A stretch of DNA of 64,000 nucleotides, from assembly GCA_028534125.1 (NCBI GenBank), contig CM052817.1:14882001-14946000 (forward strand), in the 5' to 3' direction. Within the stretch, counting starts at the first letter, position 1, and every line of letters begins with the position of its first letter. Positions 48,921 to 63,064 of this stretch are shown here, in pieces. The translations under genes were made by a program, and so were the position numbers. The notes under the pieces were generated by a model. That model saw nothing but the letters and a program-made list of their open reading frames with translations. It was not told where the DNA came from and ran no database searches. Source of the stretch: Lama glama. Taxonomy: Eukaryota.

Positions 48921-51900
48921 CTATATTTAACCTGTATTACTTTAGACTTGGGAGAAGAGAAGAAATAAAGAATTTAAAATATTTCCTTTTGCTTGAGTAA
49001 CCTGAACTGTTTGAGACTTGCCCAGATCTCACAGTAATTCCCAGCTTTTCACTTTGCTTGATTATTTTGGTACAGCTATGTTATTACTTCAAATGGATCT
49101 TTCTGTGAAAAGTTTTATTTTTCTGCTCCAACTTTAATTTCTATTTAGAAACCTGATTTTATTAAAGAGTGAAAGTTTAAGTGTTTGCAACAGGATTCAA
49201 TTAAAATAGGTCATTCTTGGGGCTCTGAAAATGGTAACTGGCCTTGGGCAAATTGGAACAAAAGTTATAAAATTCAGTTGGATGCATCACAACATTTAAC
49301 ATCTTTAAGGAGGATGTTCTGCCTAAAAGATTCAATTTAGAAATATTTAGTGTAGGTCGTCAGCTTAAGCACCTAAAAGATGTGTTAGTTTGTTTTTTCT
49401 CTCGTTAGTTATAGCTGGGATCAGGACACCTGGACTCTAATCTACAAAATAAACAATTTGTGGTGGGACCTTGAAGAAAGTCAATTAGTTGCTGTGACTT
49501 TACCAGTAGGTTAAAAAGGAGATTGCAATATTGGTGAATAATGTGCTTAAGAGATGTTTGCATAAAAGATGCTTTGTCATTGTAAAGTATTATTGAATAT
49601 TTATGGTCTACCAGACTGAGCCAAATGGCCCAGAGGAAAAAACAGTCAGATTTATGTAAACCTTGTTCAGTGTCCCAGATACTTCAGGATGGGTGCTCTA
49701 TATATGAATGAATAAATAAATGGTGCAAACATTGTTTTAAATTTTGAAAGTACATCAATATTATCTGGGGTGTTAGCCAGTGTGCCTGACCTTTGACATT
49801 GAAATGAAATGTCTGCCTCCAACTAACTATTTCAATCTCATAAATATTTTTTAAAGCCAGAGGAATTGACAGCAAGTAATGTTTTCTTAGAATTTTGTGC
49901 CTGCAAATAAAGGTAAATTATATCTTTACCTAAAACCTACAAGAAATGATTGTCTTTCACCCACAGAGTTGCTCTGAGAATTCCCAGACTGAAATTGCAT
50001 ATCTTATACTTCTTTCCTTTTCTTTCTTTTAAAAAGTGTTTTACTCACTGTCTGCACAGTAGTCTTCTATCAATTTATTGTGATAAATCTGAGCCTCAAA
50101 GAAATAAAAAAAAAATTAGCCATAAACACTGCCCAAGGACTTAATGGATCTCACTGAGCCACGCAATGCAGATGTATTGGGACATAAACAGGTAAAAGGA
50201 GATAAGAGGCCCAGAAGCAATTTGTTTGGATTGGGTCACTGCTTAATCCAAATGGGTTCAGCCCAAGAATTCATGAAACGTGACAGTGGGCCAAGAGGAA
50301 CTTGCTGTGACATTTCAGACTCCCCTACCTCTTCTAATTAACCATTTCAACTATAACAAAACTTAGATCACATAAAGATTTAGGAAGACCCATCGGTATC
50401 ACGTGTAGACCTGCCTGTCGGGGACGGATGGTTCTGCTCTCCTCAGGCAGTGGACTATGACTCAGGAATACCTTAAGCTGGGCTTTTAATTTCTGTGATG
50501 CATTGATTCTGAACAGCATTTTTCTAAAAGACAAAAACCATAGCAGAGCTACCTTAGACACAGTCTGTCATTAAATGTGCTCGGATCTACTGCATGCATC
50601 TAAATATACCTTGGCAAGTTTCATGAGATATTTGAAAACCTAAATCACATATAGAAAAAGCTTACTATCATGGGGACAATGGGAACAATACCAATAACAA
50701 TAATAGGTGCCTTTTTTTTAAAAACAACTGCTCTTTGCTTCCAGACCAGACGTTTCACATATTTCCTATATAGTGATTCCTGGTTTAAAAATGAAGCCAC
50801 AGATGTAAAGAAGTTCCATTGTTCAGGGTGAATTAGTATATGGGAGTTCTAGAATTTTTTTAAAAAGTACAGACAAAAAAATGGACCCACATTCCTGTTT
50901 AGGCAGGTTGTCTGGAATACTTGCCCCAGTTAATTTGTGGGCTCTGCATTCTTTAGGTGCTAATATCTGGACATGACCCACCTCTCTTCAGGTCAGGCTC
51001 TCCAAGTCTGCCTACCCCCAGCTCTTCTCACTTCTCCTGGGAAACAGGAACTAGGATTTAATCCCCAGAGTCATGCCTTAGTATCTGCAGCATTGTACGA
51101 TTCATAAATACTTGTTAATACGACAAAAGGCAGATCCGGCTGACTCTGAAGCTTGTGGTATTTTGCTAGTTGAAAAGGATGCCATTTTCATGAATGCCAG
51201 ATTTCTATAGGTATTCTAGAAATCATATGTCAAAATGGAGTTAATTAAAATAAATCGTTTAAATTTAACTGACAAATAGAATTGATTTATCTGGCCCAGT
51301 TCGTAGAATAGATTTGGGGAGCCCATATTTTGCTTAGTTATGTTGTACAATGTAAATCTATAATTCGTGGCTGATAAGAAAATGAAAATCAGATTAGTGT
51401 TTATAAAATTCTTGGGTTGATTTGCTTCTGGAATTAGGCCAAATTCCCAGAAGTTGAGGTTTCCTGGGGTATTTGATGTCTCACACGTGTGTCACTAGGA
51501 AATAACAGATAAAAGCCTGCTGCTTTTTGTAATTTTCATACATCAGAGTCAAGAAAGAGTTAAAGGGTTTACTTAAGTCTTGCAAAGGGTGTTTCTTTTG
51601 GGCAACAGCGGTTTGAATGTAGGGCACTTTTTGCATTTTAAGCACTGTTTGATCCCTTGTCCCATAGTTATGTAATAAGAGAATTTTATTATTATTATCT
51701 TTTAAAGGGAAACAGAAAAAAGGCCACTGGAAAAAATGCTTGCCTCCAGCGGGGCAGCTTTTACAGTGGATTCAGTCCAGGAGCCATTCCTTCTGCCCCA
51801 AGGTTCTGGAGCAGGATGAATGCCACCCTCAAGATGCTAAGAGGCCAGATGATGACGGACTACAGGATGAGGAACCGCAGAGCTGTGTGGGCAGGATTCT

Positions 51901-52143
51901 CTGGGCACAGCCAACACGTTGGGTGGTCACTGGCCTGGAGATCCAGCACAGCCAGGGGGTTAGCTAGTCCAGAAAAGAGAACCAGTGCTGTAGCCTTTGA
52001 GGAGGCCAGGAAGACAAGGTGGGTTCCCCAAAGGACTAGTTACTCTGAGATTTCTTCCTACAGAGAGCGTGTAGCCTGGAGTCATAGGTAAAGATACTGT
52101 TTATCAAAAACAACAATTAAACACTGCCTCCAAGCTAGTCAGC

Positions 52144-52700
52144 TTTTTTTAAAATTGAAATATAGTTGATTTACAATGTTGTGTTAGTTTTTGGTGTATA
52201 GCATATTGATTCAGTTATACATATAAATTCTTTTTCATATTCTTCTTCATTATAGTTTATTGCAAGATACTGAATACAGTTCCCTGTGCTATACAGTAGG
52301 ACCTTGTTTATTTATTTTATATACAGTGGTTAGTATCTGCTAATCCTAAACTCCTAACTTCTCCCTCCATCCCACCTGCCCCACTCTTTTCCCCTTTTGG
52401 AAACCATGTTTGTTTTCTATGTCTATGAGTCTATTTCTGTTTTATTAATAAGTTCATTTTATCATATTTTAGATTCCACATATAAGTGATATCATATGAC
52501 ATTTGTCTTTCTCTGTCTGACTTACTTCACTTAGTACAGTATTCTCTAGGTCCATCTATGTTGCTACAAATGGCATTATTTCATTCTTTTTTATGACTGA
52601 CTAGTATTCCCTTCTATACATATATATGCCACATCTTCTTTACTTGTTCATCTGTTGATGAACATTTAGATTGCTTCCATATCTTGGCTATTATAAACAG
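52144..52700 (-). mobile_element. Lineage-specific L1 3' fragment
   Basis: Same 3'UTR family as 22427, 29628 and 63065 copies. Confidence 0.93.
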
Positions 52701-52759
52701 GGCCCATCAAGTCCATTTTAAATGCCTTAACCCCAATAAGGCATTCAATAAATTTTTTC

Positions 52760-52900
52760 AGCAACACTGCCACATAGGAAGAGATCCAGGTGTTATTATC
52801 ATTCTTACTTTGCAGATAAGGAAACTGAGGCATGGAAAGGTTGGGTGAATTCTCTAAGGTCACAGAGATAGTGAGGCATAGAGTTGAGTTAATACATAGA
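52760..52900 (-). mobile_element. MIR SINE
   Basis: 'tttgcagataaggaaactgaggcatggaaaggttgggtgaattctctaaggtcacaga'. Confidence 0.85.
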
Positions 52901-53083
52901 AAGTGTGAATTGAAAGACCACTGAGTGAGTCAGATCACAGTCCCGGATCAGTTTACACCAGCTTACAGTTTTAGTTTTGCTGCTTAGTATCCCAGCTCTT
53001 GGATCTTCTCCAAATCCTTAAACTCAAGGAAACCTCAGATGCTTCGTGTTTAAAAGGGGTAGAATCAGAAGGTAGAAAACATG

Positions 53084-53541
53084 TGATGGGGTTCAGGACA
53101 CGCTCGCCCAAAACATGGCACCTTGGAAACTGAAGGAGTTTGAGGAAGTGGAAGAAACATGAAGGTCACTCTGACCTTCCCCCTCCAGAAGCAAGTCATA
53201 AAACCTTCACGTGAGAGGTATTCTCCCTGTACCTGGAACAAAGGAGCATCCTTATCTCAGAAGACAGAGGGACACTGAGAAGAATCTGAATAAACAGGCC
53301 TTGCTAGGTTCCCCTCAATTTAGTACACACAACTGTCCACACTTCATCAAACCTAGCATAAAAATACTGAAGTTTAACCATTTCATCTGGTTTCCATTTC
53401 CTTATGAAGGCTTCCATGTCATGTGAAACTTTTATCAAGTAAATTTTGTACACTTTTTTCCCATTAATCTTTGTCAGTTTAATTTTTAGGCTCAGCCAAG
53501 GACCCTTCAAGGGTCATGGAAATTTTTTTTCCTTCCCTACA
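53084..53541 (+). mobile_element. Solo ERV1 LTR (MER34/MER39-like) inserted in a MIR
   Basis: 'tgatggggttcaggacacgc..cccaaaacatggcaccttgg' to 'ttccctaca'; 4-bp flanks catg/cctg; MIR tail 'taaagtgcttagca' resumes. Confidence 0.87.
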
Positions 53542-54277
53542 CCTGTAAAGTGCTTAGCAAAGCGCCTACCCCCTGGTAAGAGCTTAATGAATGATAGCTG
53601 TTACTATGATCATGCTGCTTTTTCCAGTATACCATTTCATCCTCCCAGTGGGTCTCTGATTAGCATAGTGACAATCAGAAGCTGAAGCCAGCCTAGATGA
53701 ATGCAGTGCTCTGATGGATGAAAAGAAGAGTAGAGGTTTTCTTTCAAAGACAGAGAAAAGTGCCTTTCACTAGATAGAGTCATTCTGTGTATAAATGGCT
53801 GGATGCAAAGAGACTTAATTGAAAGATAAAAGAATAATTGCAGTAGAATAGCAGAGGCAAAAGCAGTGAAGACAAAAAGCTGCGTGTGTTAAACAGGACT
53901 ACAGTGAATGAAGAGGGAGTCTGAGAAGGCTTTGTAGCTGAAGACATTATGATTATGAGAAAACAAGACGACAAGTACCTGGTTGGAGCCCAGGAGGTCG
54001 CGGCCCAGACCCAGGATTAAATTTCTTCTCACTATTTATTCCTAGAAGAATTGATCACTTCTCTGAATTACCAAGTCAGTAATAAACTTATTAATCACAT
54101 TCTGTTATACATTATATTCGTGTAGTCAACAAGCATGACACTCAGGGCACACTCATTAAAGTCAGTTTTATTTTCTTCTCACGGACCCTTTACACTTAAC
54201 CTAGTGGGGGTGGTTCTTCCCTTCCTTCTAGAAGAAAACACAGGTGGGTTCGGTTTCTCTGGTGGCCTTAAGTCTTA

Positions 54278-54752
54278 CTGTGTACCAGATATTTTCTATT
54301 TGTCCATTGAGACCCACTCTCCACCTTTCCCTGCTCTTGGCCCTGGAAGCCAACCTACATGCCTAGCACTGACCTTCGGCTTCAGTTTGAACTTGATCAA
54401 CAAGGAGCATTAGCAGGAGATGGTAGACTCCAGATGGGATGAGGGAGAAGACAAAGTATTTATTCTTCAAATCCCCTCCGTACTGTGCAGCGTGCTGGCT
54501 CTACCAAAAGCTCCTCACCTGCCAGGCAGCACTCGGCAAGCCACTGCTCTCTCCAGGCTTTGGAAGCCAATTCTGCCCGAGCCCCTTCCGGGGTGCTAAC
54601 GACTCCATGCTGTTGCAAGCCTGGAGGTGCTGTGCCATCCCTTGCTGCTTTCCCCAAACCCTGCTCACATCGTGGTAGACAGTCCTGGTATGAAACTCTC
54701 CTCATTTACCATGTTTGAGTGCCATCTGCTTCCTGCTGGGACCCTGGCCACT
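54278..54752 (+). mobile_element. ERVL LTR33-like solo LTR
   Basis: 'cccactctccacctttccctgctct..' and end 'tttgagtgccatctgcttcctgctgggaccctg'. Confidence 0.8.
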
Positions 54753-55399
54753 TCGATTGCAAAGCACGACCTCATTTCGATGTTCAGAATAATTGATCTG
54801 TGAAATAGTTAAAACTCCAAATCATATTCAATGTTCATTCTCTTTCTTAGCTTTCCTGGGGGAGGGGGCGTGGCCATCTTCTTTTTTCCCCCTGCTTGTC
54901 TTATTTCCAGTTGTTTACCAAAGCTTCTGACCTGGTTGAACTGGGTTGACCTGGTTGAAGGCAAGGTATGGAAAGGAAAGTTCTTAAGTTGGTTTCATAA
55001 CATCTGATTTTGGCAGATACTTAGAGCTGATTCTTTTTCTCATAGACACATGTGTGGCTTCTTCAGAAACTTCCCCATGGCTGGGCAGTATCTTCGTACC
55101 CCAGATGCAGGCAAAGCTGTCTCCGCCAGCCCCCATCTCTTCCTCTGTTCAGCCTCAGCTCCCATCTGTTGAGGAAAAGTCTGTTCTAAAGCACTTAGCT
55201 GCATTAGAGATGTTTGTTTTCAGGTTTTTGCATTTTCTTAAGATAATTTTAATAACACATTTCCCCTCAAAAATCATTCTGCTTTATTTTCTATTTACTC
55301 CAAGAATTAGTTAGAATTAAAAAAAAAAAAAACCAAAAACCAAGTGGATAGATTGGCTTATTCTTTGGTTGTTAAAAACCTTCCTCCCCTCCCTTCCTT

Positions 55400-57120
55400 C
55401 CTTTCCTCTTTTTTGTTTAATTGTCAGAGAATGTAGCCTGCAAGAATTCTAATATTTATGAATACTTCAAGGGTGTGAAGAAATAATTTTCTGTTGCTGA
55501 GTACCAATCCTTGTTTCTCTTGTTTGCATGTGTGTGTGTATCACATGTATAAATGTACATATATACATGTGTACCTATATGCATAATGTCATACATAGCC
55601 ACCTAGCCATAGGAGAATAAGGGTATAAACTTTGTTAATCAAAGTCTTTGTCTTTGTCGATTTCTGAGAGAGTTTCTCACTGTGTTAATTAAGTTTCCAG
55701 TATATCCTGGCATTTGTCGGAGATTTTTACTTGTATATTTCAAGACTGTTGTTTGATGCACTGAAGTTCATGATTACTATATAGTATTGGTGGACTATAA
55801 TTTTATTAATATGAACATATTATTCTTTGTCCTATTTGATGCTTTTTCTTTGTACACATTTTTATATCATATTAATGTTACTAAATTAATTTTTATCAGG
55901 GCTTACATGTAAATATTTTTCCCCTCTTAATCTTTACCTAAAACAGGACTATTTAATGGGCTTATAATTTTTATGATTACCAATATGCTTCAACTATTTT
56001 CTACCATTTTATTATTTTATCATTTCTAGTGTGATGGTTTCCTTTTGCTTTGTCCCCCTCTTTTCTGTCTTTTTTCCTTTCTCGTTATATTTTTCTTTAC
56101 TCTTTTCTCCATCTACTGCAATGTTTCCCAGCAGGGATGCCATTGGCAGTTGATCTGGCCATTCCTTAGTGTGTGTGGCTTCTCTGTACTTGGCAGAACC
56201 TCTTTGTTGGCCCTGCCACTAAATATTAGTAGCACCCCAGTCTCTGGGACAATTGAAAGCACATGTACCCATTTCCACCTGCCTCCTCCAGTGGCATGCA
56301 CTCCTAATTGCAAACCAGTGCTGACCAATTTGGGACTTCCATCTACCATTTCCTTTCTCTTGTGGTTACTCTTATTTTTCTAACTTGGTGTTTAGTTTTA
56401 TCTTAGTAACCTATGTGCATAGTTTGAAGACTCAAATAGTGCTGTGACAGTTACTGCACCCAACAACAAAGATCTTCCATGTCAATCGTCTCGGCTTATT
56501 TATTTTCCCCACAGCCAACACTTTTGAGTCTTTTCAGTTCTTCTAGAATTTGCTTTTATGTTTCTGAATAGCGTGACTATACAGTTATTATTTGGTGTCC
56601 TAGTTGAGTATATAACATATTGACTTCCTGTTATGTCAGATTAGATTTTTTTTTTTTGGCCTGCTCACAGTATCTACTCACAAAGCAAACTTTCTCTTCT
56701 CCATTTTTCTAATGTGGTTATTTAACATTTTGTTTCAGTTGTCATTTAGTTTTTGCATCAGAATTTATGAATATTGTGCACAAGTGAGCCACCTAACGTT
56801 CTATGATTGAGTTTCTTTTCTTGAACAGTTTTAATTTTGCCTTAGAGTTAATACTTGTCTTTGTTTTTGTTGGCTTCCTACTCTCAGATTCTTTCACTAA
56901 TCAACCCTACACCATCTGCCAGAAATGTAGATCACTTCTTGACATGTTCAAACACATTAGGTACTTCATCAGTTTCTTTTGTTCTTATTTCCTTGGAGAC
57001 ATCCCTTCTGGAACCTCCGACCTGCTGTGCCGTGACAGTGAAACGTATTTATTTCCATGTGGTTTGGTGGGGTTTTTTGGGTCACTTTTGAGGCCCTTGT
57101 TCCTTCTGGATTAGCTTCCA
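55400..57120 (-). mobile_element. Ancient L1M/HAL1 fragments
   Basis: T-rich antisense L1 ORF2 5' region (55620-56100) and HAL1-like 3' sequence (56380-57120). Confidence 0.6.
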
Positions 57121-57429
57121 GCACTCTTTCTAGATCAGAGAATCTTTGCTCTCTAAGATTTCAATGCTTCACATAGGATAGTTATGTCTAATACTCTTAG
57201 TGAATGCTAGTTGTAAAAATAAACAATTATTTTCATTTGAAAGCACACCAGATCCTAATTTATAAATGACAGTTACTTAAATTTTAACTATACTTTCTCT
57301 TTCAAGTAAAGAATTTGCAGTCACTCACAGACATGGAGATGCGTTTTCCGTAGCTCTGTGAAGCAATGGCATAGTCAACACCAGTATTCCTACTTACTAC
57401 GTTTTGCATCCACACAGAGAGCATTTTAA

Positions 57430-57905
57430 TCAGCACACAGTTTCCATGTGCCGTTCTTGCTGCTGGAGAGACACAGATAAGTGAGTGAAAACTGGACCCT
57501 CCCTTGACAGAGCTCAAAGTGCGAAGGAGGCAAAAGATATTTTTACTGATGACTCTACACCATGTGTTATTTGTCCCATGTGTACACTCAGGAGAGTGTG
57601 AGTATGGTGGAGAGTCAGAGAATGCTATGGAGAAGAGGTAGTGTGGTAATGTCATGTTGGGGGTTTGAAGGAAGAGTATACACACACATACACAAACACA
57701 CTTATCTATTTTTTGCTTGACATGATTTCCTTTGCACAGAGGACTGAGGTCTATTTAGTGTCTGCTAGACACTCAGTTGATTTTCATGAGAAGCCCAGGG
57801 AGTAGACACCACCCTCTCACTTTACATACAGAGATGTCAGGTAAGGGGTGGGGACAGAGCCAAAACTCACTGACGCCGGCTTTAGAGCCCACGCTTTTCC
57901 CATGA
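57430..57905 (-). mobile_element. L2 fragment followed by MIR fragment
   Basis: 'ccttgacagagctcaaagt' (L2) and 'ctcactttacatacagaga..gggacagagccaaaactc' (MIR). Confidence 0.55.
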
Positions 57906-58759
57906 CATTTTGTAGCCTTGGAAGTTTTGGATATTTAGGTTTGGAGGTAATATCAATATTTTATATTTTTTTTGTGGGAATCCCTTCTGTGTCCTCAGAT
58001 GGTGAGAATTTCAGAGACAGTTTTATTTTCTTCCAAATTACTTTAAAAGCAAAATACAGGAGCTTGTCATTTCTTGCCAAAGATATTGCAATAACCTGTG
58101 AGCTGGATTGGGGCTCCCAGTGCTCTCCTTCTGCAGTTCACCCCAGCATTGCCACCGAGTTACTCATTTGCTTTTCCCTTATCGGATCCACTGTGATAAT
58201 TCCTGCTCATCTCTCAGCACCTGCCTTAAAAAGTTTTCTTGTGGGCAAGTCTGTCTGCCTCCCAATGACAGAAGTACATCTTAAGTGCTTACTTCTTAAT
58301 TCTCCTGTAGTGTTTTTACGTTATTTTGTTACAACTCTTCTCTTAATGTAGTCTAAGACTTTATTTGTCTGATATCAATTAGACTGTGAGATCCTCAGAG
58401 GAAAGTGGATATGTAATTATTATTTGGGAAATGTGTTAAGGTGGAACAAAACACTAATTCAAAAAGGAAGATTTCATTTTGCCCAAGATTCATCAAACTT
58501 GTAGGTAATGAAGGAGTTTAAACTATTGATGTCGATAAGTGTAGAACTGGTATATCATGTTTAGATGTTCACAGTTATTAGCTATGTGATCTCGGAAAGT
58601 TACCCAATCTTTGTACTTTTGTTCTTATTGGTAATAATAGTACATCTTCTAAGGGTTATCTGTTTAAGGGACTGACAGAGATCTAATTAATGCATAGTGA
58701 ATGGCCTTTACTGTGAAAAATAAAATGTATTATAAAATTTGTTGGAAAAACAATAGATA

Positions 58760-61700
58760 AAATAGCATTTATAATTTATGTGTATAGAATAAGAAAAAAA
58801 CGATATCCACATACTCACCATATTTCTAGGTCCCCCTCCCTCCAGTATTCTCTCCTTACCCCCTTTCCCAGAGGTACCCACTAAAATGAATTCTGCATTT
58901 ATTAATTCCTTGCTTTTTCTTTATGGTTTTTGCATGTGAGAATATACAGCTAAACAATTTATTATTTTGCTTTACATGTTCTGAACATAATATAAATGGA
59001 AATAGGTTGTGTATATTTTTTTGCAATTTGCTTCTTCCCTCTCAATATTATATTTAGGAAATCTATGCATGTTCATCTGTACAAACGTAGTTCATTCATT
59101 CTTACCTGCACGGTCTTTCACTGTATGACTGTTCTGTACTTTATTTATTCATTCACTGATTCATTGTCCTGACAAAGGAAATTTAGGCTATTTCCAGTGA
59201 GGGTTTTTGTTGTTGTTGCAATCATGGCTGTGTATGTCTCCTGGTCTACATTTGTAGAAGCAGGGTATATGTTATAGTATGTGAATTACAGGGTTCTGAT
59301 ATATGTGCTTCTTCAGCTTTACTAAATATTTCCATATTGTTCTCCAACCAGTAGTGTACAGACATTCCTGCTTTGCAACAGTCTCTCTTAGGCTCAATAT
59401 TGCCCAACTTTTAAATTTTGTGCCAACTGTGTGGTTGTAGAATGGTATCTTATTGTGGTTTTCATTTGCATTTCCCAGTGTTTACTGATCTACATGTTTT
59501 AAAATGTTTCCTAGCCATGTGTTTCTCCTTCTGTGAAGGAACTGTTCACATCTTTAGTCCATTTTTTAATAGTCTTGTTGGTCTTTTTAATTGAAATGTC
59601 TAAATGTAATTGTGGATTTGTTTATTTTTTGTAGTTGAATCAATTTTTGCTTCATGTGTTTCAAATTTCTGTTATCAGGTGAATAAACATTTAGGGCTGT
59701 AAGTCCCCTTAAAAGATGGATCTGTTAATATTATAAAATGACTTTTCTTATACCTGGCGACATTCTTGCTCTGAAATCTACATTGGTATTAACATAGCTA
59801 CTTCAGTTTTCTTTGATTAGTAATCGTATATCTTTTTTAACCTGTCACTATTAACATTCTTTTGTCTTTATATTTAAAGTGGGTTTCTTGTAGGCAGTAA
59901 ATAACTGAGTCCGGTGTTTTTACCAATCTGGTAATCTTTGCCTTTCAACTGGGTTGTTTAGGCTCATTTATACTTAATAATATTATTGACATGGTTAGGT
60001 TTAAATCTACCATTTTGCTATTTATTTCCTATTTGCTCTATCTGTCATTATTTTCTTTCTCCTTTTCTGTCTTTTTCAGATTTTTTTTTTACAATTCCAT
60101 TATATATTCTTTTGGCTTATTAGCTATAACTCTTTTATTAATTTATTAGCTGTAACTCTTGCTTTTTTTCTAATACATGCATTAAAGCTTTATTTCTAAA
60201 TATCACTTAAACTAGATATCACTATGTTTTTATTTTTTTGTTAGTTAGCATTTGTTATTTTCTAGTGACCACTATTATGCCTTATTTAATCCTTAACTAT
60301 TCAGATGTAACTTTTCAGATTTCTGAAAGAACAAACTAATGTTCTTTACTTATTGAATTCTACCATGATTGGTCAGAGATTGGCATCTGTACTTCTCCAA
60401 CCTTTTGAAATTTATGGTGGCTTTATTTATGGACCAATCTGTGCTCGACTTTCATGATATTTCTCTCTGCATGAAGAGTTACATATTTTTAAATTGCTGC
60501 ATTCATTATTGTGTAATGCCATGTGTATCGATTAGATCAAGCTTGTTAATCTGTCATCCTTATTTTCTCCTGTTTCAGTTGCTGAGAGACATTTTAAGAT
60601 TTTAGTATCAAGGTTATTCTAACCACATAAAATGAGTTGAGGAATTCTTTCTTATTTTTTGGAATAATTCCTGCAAGAGTAGAGTTGTTTTTTGTTTGTT
60701 TGTTAAATGTTTGATAGAACTTGGGTTAATTAAAATCTCCCATCGTGGAGATAGATTATCTGTCAGCTTTACGTGATGTCAGTTTTTGCTTCACGTATTT
60801 TGAAACCAGAGTCTAAGATGCATACATACTTATAACAGTGTGGTCATTATGTAGTGACCCATGTTACCTCCAGTAATGCCTTGAAGTCCTTTGGTTTTTT
60901 TAGGGAGGAGAAGGGATATCTTTCTCTATGTTTTGACTTTCAATTTTTTAAATATTCTTAAGTCTTAAGTGTGTTGGTAAATGGTATATCACTGGAGTTT
61001 TTAAAAAATACAGTCTGACAATCTTTGTCTTTTATCTAGGGAGTTTAGTCCGTACAATGTTAATGTCTTTCATCCCCTTCTAAACAGTATAAGAACCCAA
61101 GAACACTTTAACTCTGATTTCTCACTTTGGTGCTTGCATATATCCATCCATATTTTTTGTCCAATATTTTAGCTCTATCTGGTTATTCTTTCTGATTCTC
61201 ACAAAATAAGCATTTTATTATTGTTCCATATGTTAAAAGCTTGTTTAGATTACCCACATATTTAATAATGTATTTATTTACTATGCTGTCTTTTATAATG
61301 TTTGATATTATTTCATAAATTCATTTTCATGCTAATTAACATTAATATAGTAAAATAACTTAAAGAGTCAAAACAAAACTGCTTTAGAAACCATCAGCCC
61401 CTCATTCTCTCCCATGTTCCTCTCTCTAGAGGAAACCTCTTTGAATTCTTTTGCTTAATCGTTTTGGCATTAACGTCTATATCTTGAATAACATGCTTAT
61501 ATTACTAGTTTTTGAGGGTTTTTTTCGTGTTATGGGTGTAATCTATTGACTTTACCCTGTGAAGGGTGAAGATGAACGCATTTGTCCACTTTGTCTCCCT
61601 CTCCCTTCCCATTTTCACTACCCACATCATAATTCCACTATGACAGAGAAGGGGAATCGTTGCTTAGTTGGTACAAAGTTTCAGTTTTGCACGGTGAAAA

Positions 61701-62800
61701 GTGTTCTGGAGATGGATGGTGACGGCCGCACAACACGGTCAGTGTACTTAATGCCATTGAACTGTACCCCTAAACGTGGCTAAGATGATAAGCTTCGTGT
61801 TATGTGCAATTTATCACAAATATTCTTGTCAGTTACAGTGTATACTGAAATGTTTACCACTGAATGAAGAAGCCTGGGTGGGACAGAGGTGAAACAAGAT
61901 TGGCAAAAGGTTGGAAACTGCTAAAGCTGAACTACAGGTACATGGGGCTTCATGGTACTATTCTGCCTACTTTTGTGCAGGTTGACAATTCCATAGTAAA
62001 TCTTAAAAAAAAGAAAAACAAACTAGATATTCTAATGATATAATATTGTTGAAGAAAGATTTCCCATAGACTATGACGTGCTTGAGTGGACTGGCTACTC
62101 CTTGGGCTTGCTGCACAGTGCCTTCATTCTAGAGATTTCTGCTGCTGAATTTCTCATTTCCTGGATCCTAGATCTTTATCTTTCTTGGTTTACATCATTG
62201 TTTTGGAAAAATTTATCCTCCAGTAATATCCAATGAGAGGCAAAATTCTTTCCAATATCCAGTGAGAGTGCTTGTATGTCTGCTAAAATCTTTTTCCACT
62301 CTCACATTTAATTAGCGGTTTGAGAGCTGAGTTGTGGTTACAAATATTGAGTCATAACTTGGAGTCAAGCTACTTGTTTTGTTGTCGCTTTCCTAGGCAG
62401 AGCTTGTTTCTTGTTTATTCTGGCACAAGGTGTGGAGTCCTTGTGCTGTCAGACTTACGTGAGCATCTAAACATAGGCTGCCCACCTTTGGTGAGCTTTA
62501 CTCTTTGCTTCTTTTCGCTCTTGTCCTCCACGGCCATTAAAATGGAAGCTCACATCACCTGGGCTTCTCAGATGCTCTCAGGACAGAGGCCTGTATCACT
62601 CCTCACTGATGCCTCTGAATTACATGTCTCACTTTGTTTTGAGGTTGCCTAGCATCCTGCCAGATCAATGGCACATTTAAAATATATGGTTCCTGTATTT
62701 CACCCAGCAATCATAATTGTTTGAAGGATAGCTCAAGATATGTAGTCTCCCTGGAAATGGTAATCTTATTCCTCATAAAGAACAAACTTTTAAAATGTGG
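58760..62800 (-). mobile_element. Cluster of ancient L1ME/L1MC/HAL1 fragments
   Basis: Antisense L1ME-type 3' end (58760-59590), ORF2 endonuclease-region pieces (59590-60150, 60720-61070), HAL1-like pieces downstream. Confidence 0.72.
61640..62020 (+). mobile_element. Two adjacent sense L1 3' termini (L1MB-like, then L1MC/ME-like)
   Basis: 'aagtgttctggagatggatggtga..cttaatgccattgaactgtac' and 'ggtacatggggcttcatggtactattctgcctactttt..aaaaaaaa'. Confidence 0.82.
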
Positions 62801-63064
62801 ATGTAATTTTATCCTGAGAAAATCCCTGTTGAACAAACAAGTTATTAATATCATTCATCCAGGAAAATGTACATTCAAGTTCTAATAGTAATGGTCACTA
62901 TATATTTTTTAATCAAAATTTCAATTATAATGGTTAATTTTCAAGTCATATTCTAGTTTCTCACAGAAACATGATTGCTTAGATATGCTTCATCTAGCTA
63001 GTGTACAGCTAGAATGAGCTACTGCACATAAGTACATTTTCCTGCTAACTGACATTTACTTCTT

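Noticed and set aside
57848..58351. 167-aa hydrophobic ORF
   Set aside because: Begins inside a MIR at GTG; hydrophobicity reflects T-rich DNA
62220..62270. Short tandem duplication aatatcca(a/g)tgagag, and a similar one at 60118-60160
   Set aside because: Routine slippage duplications inside old L1 relics
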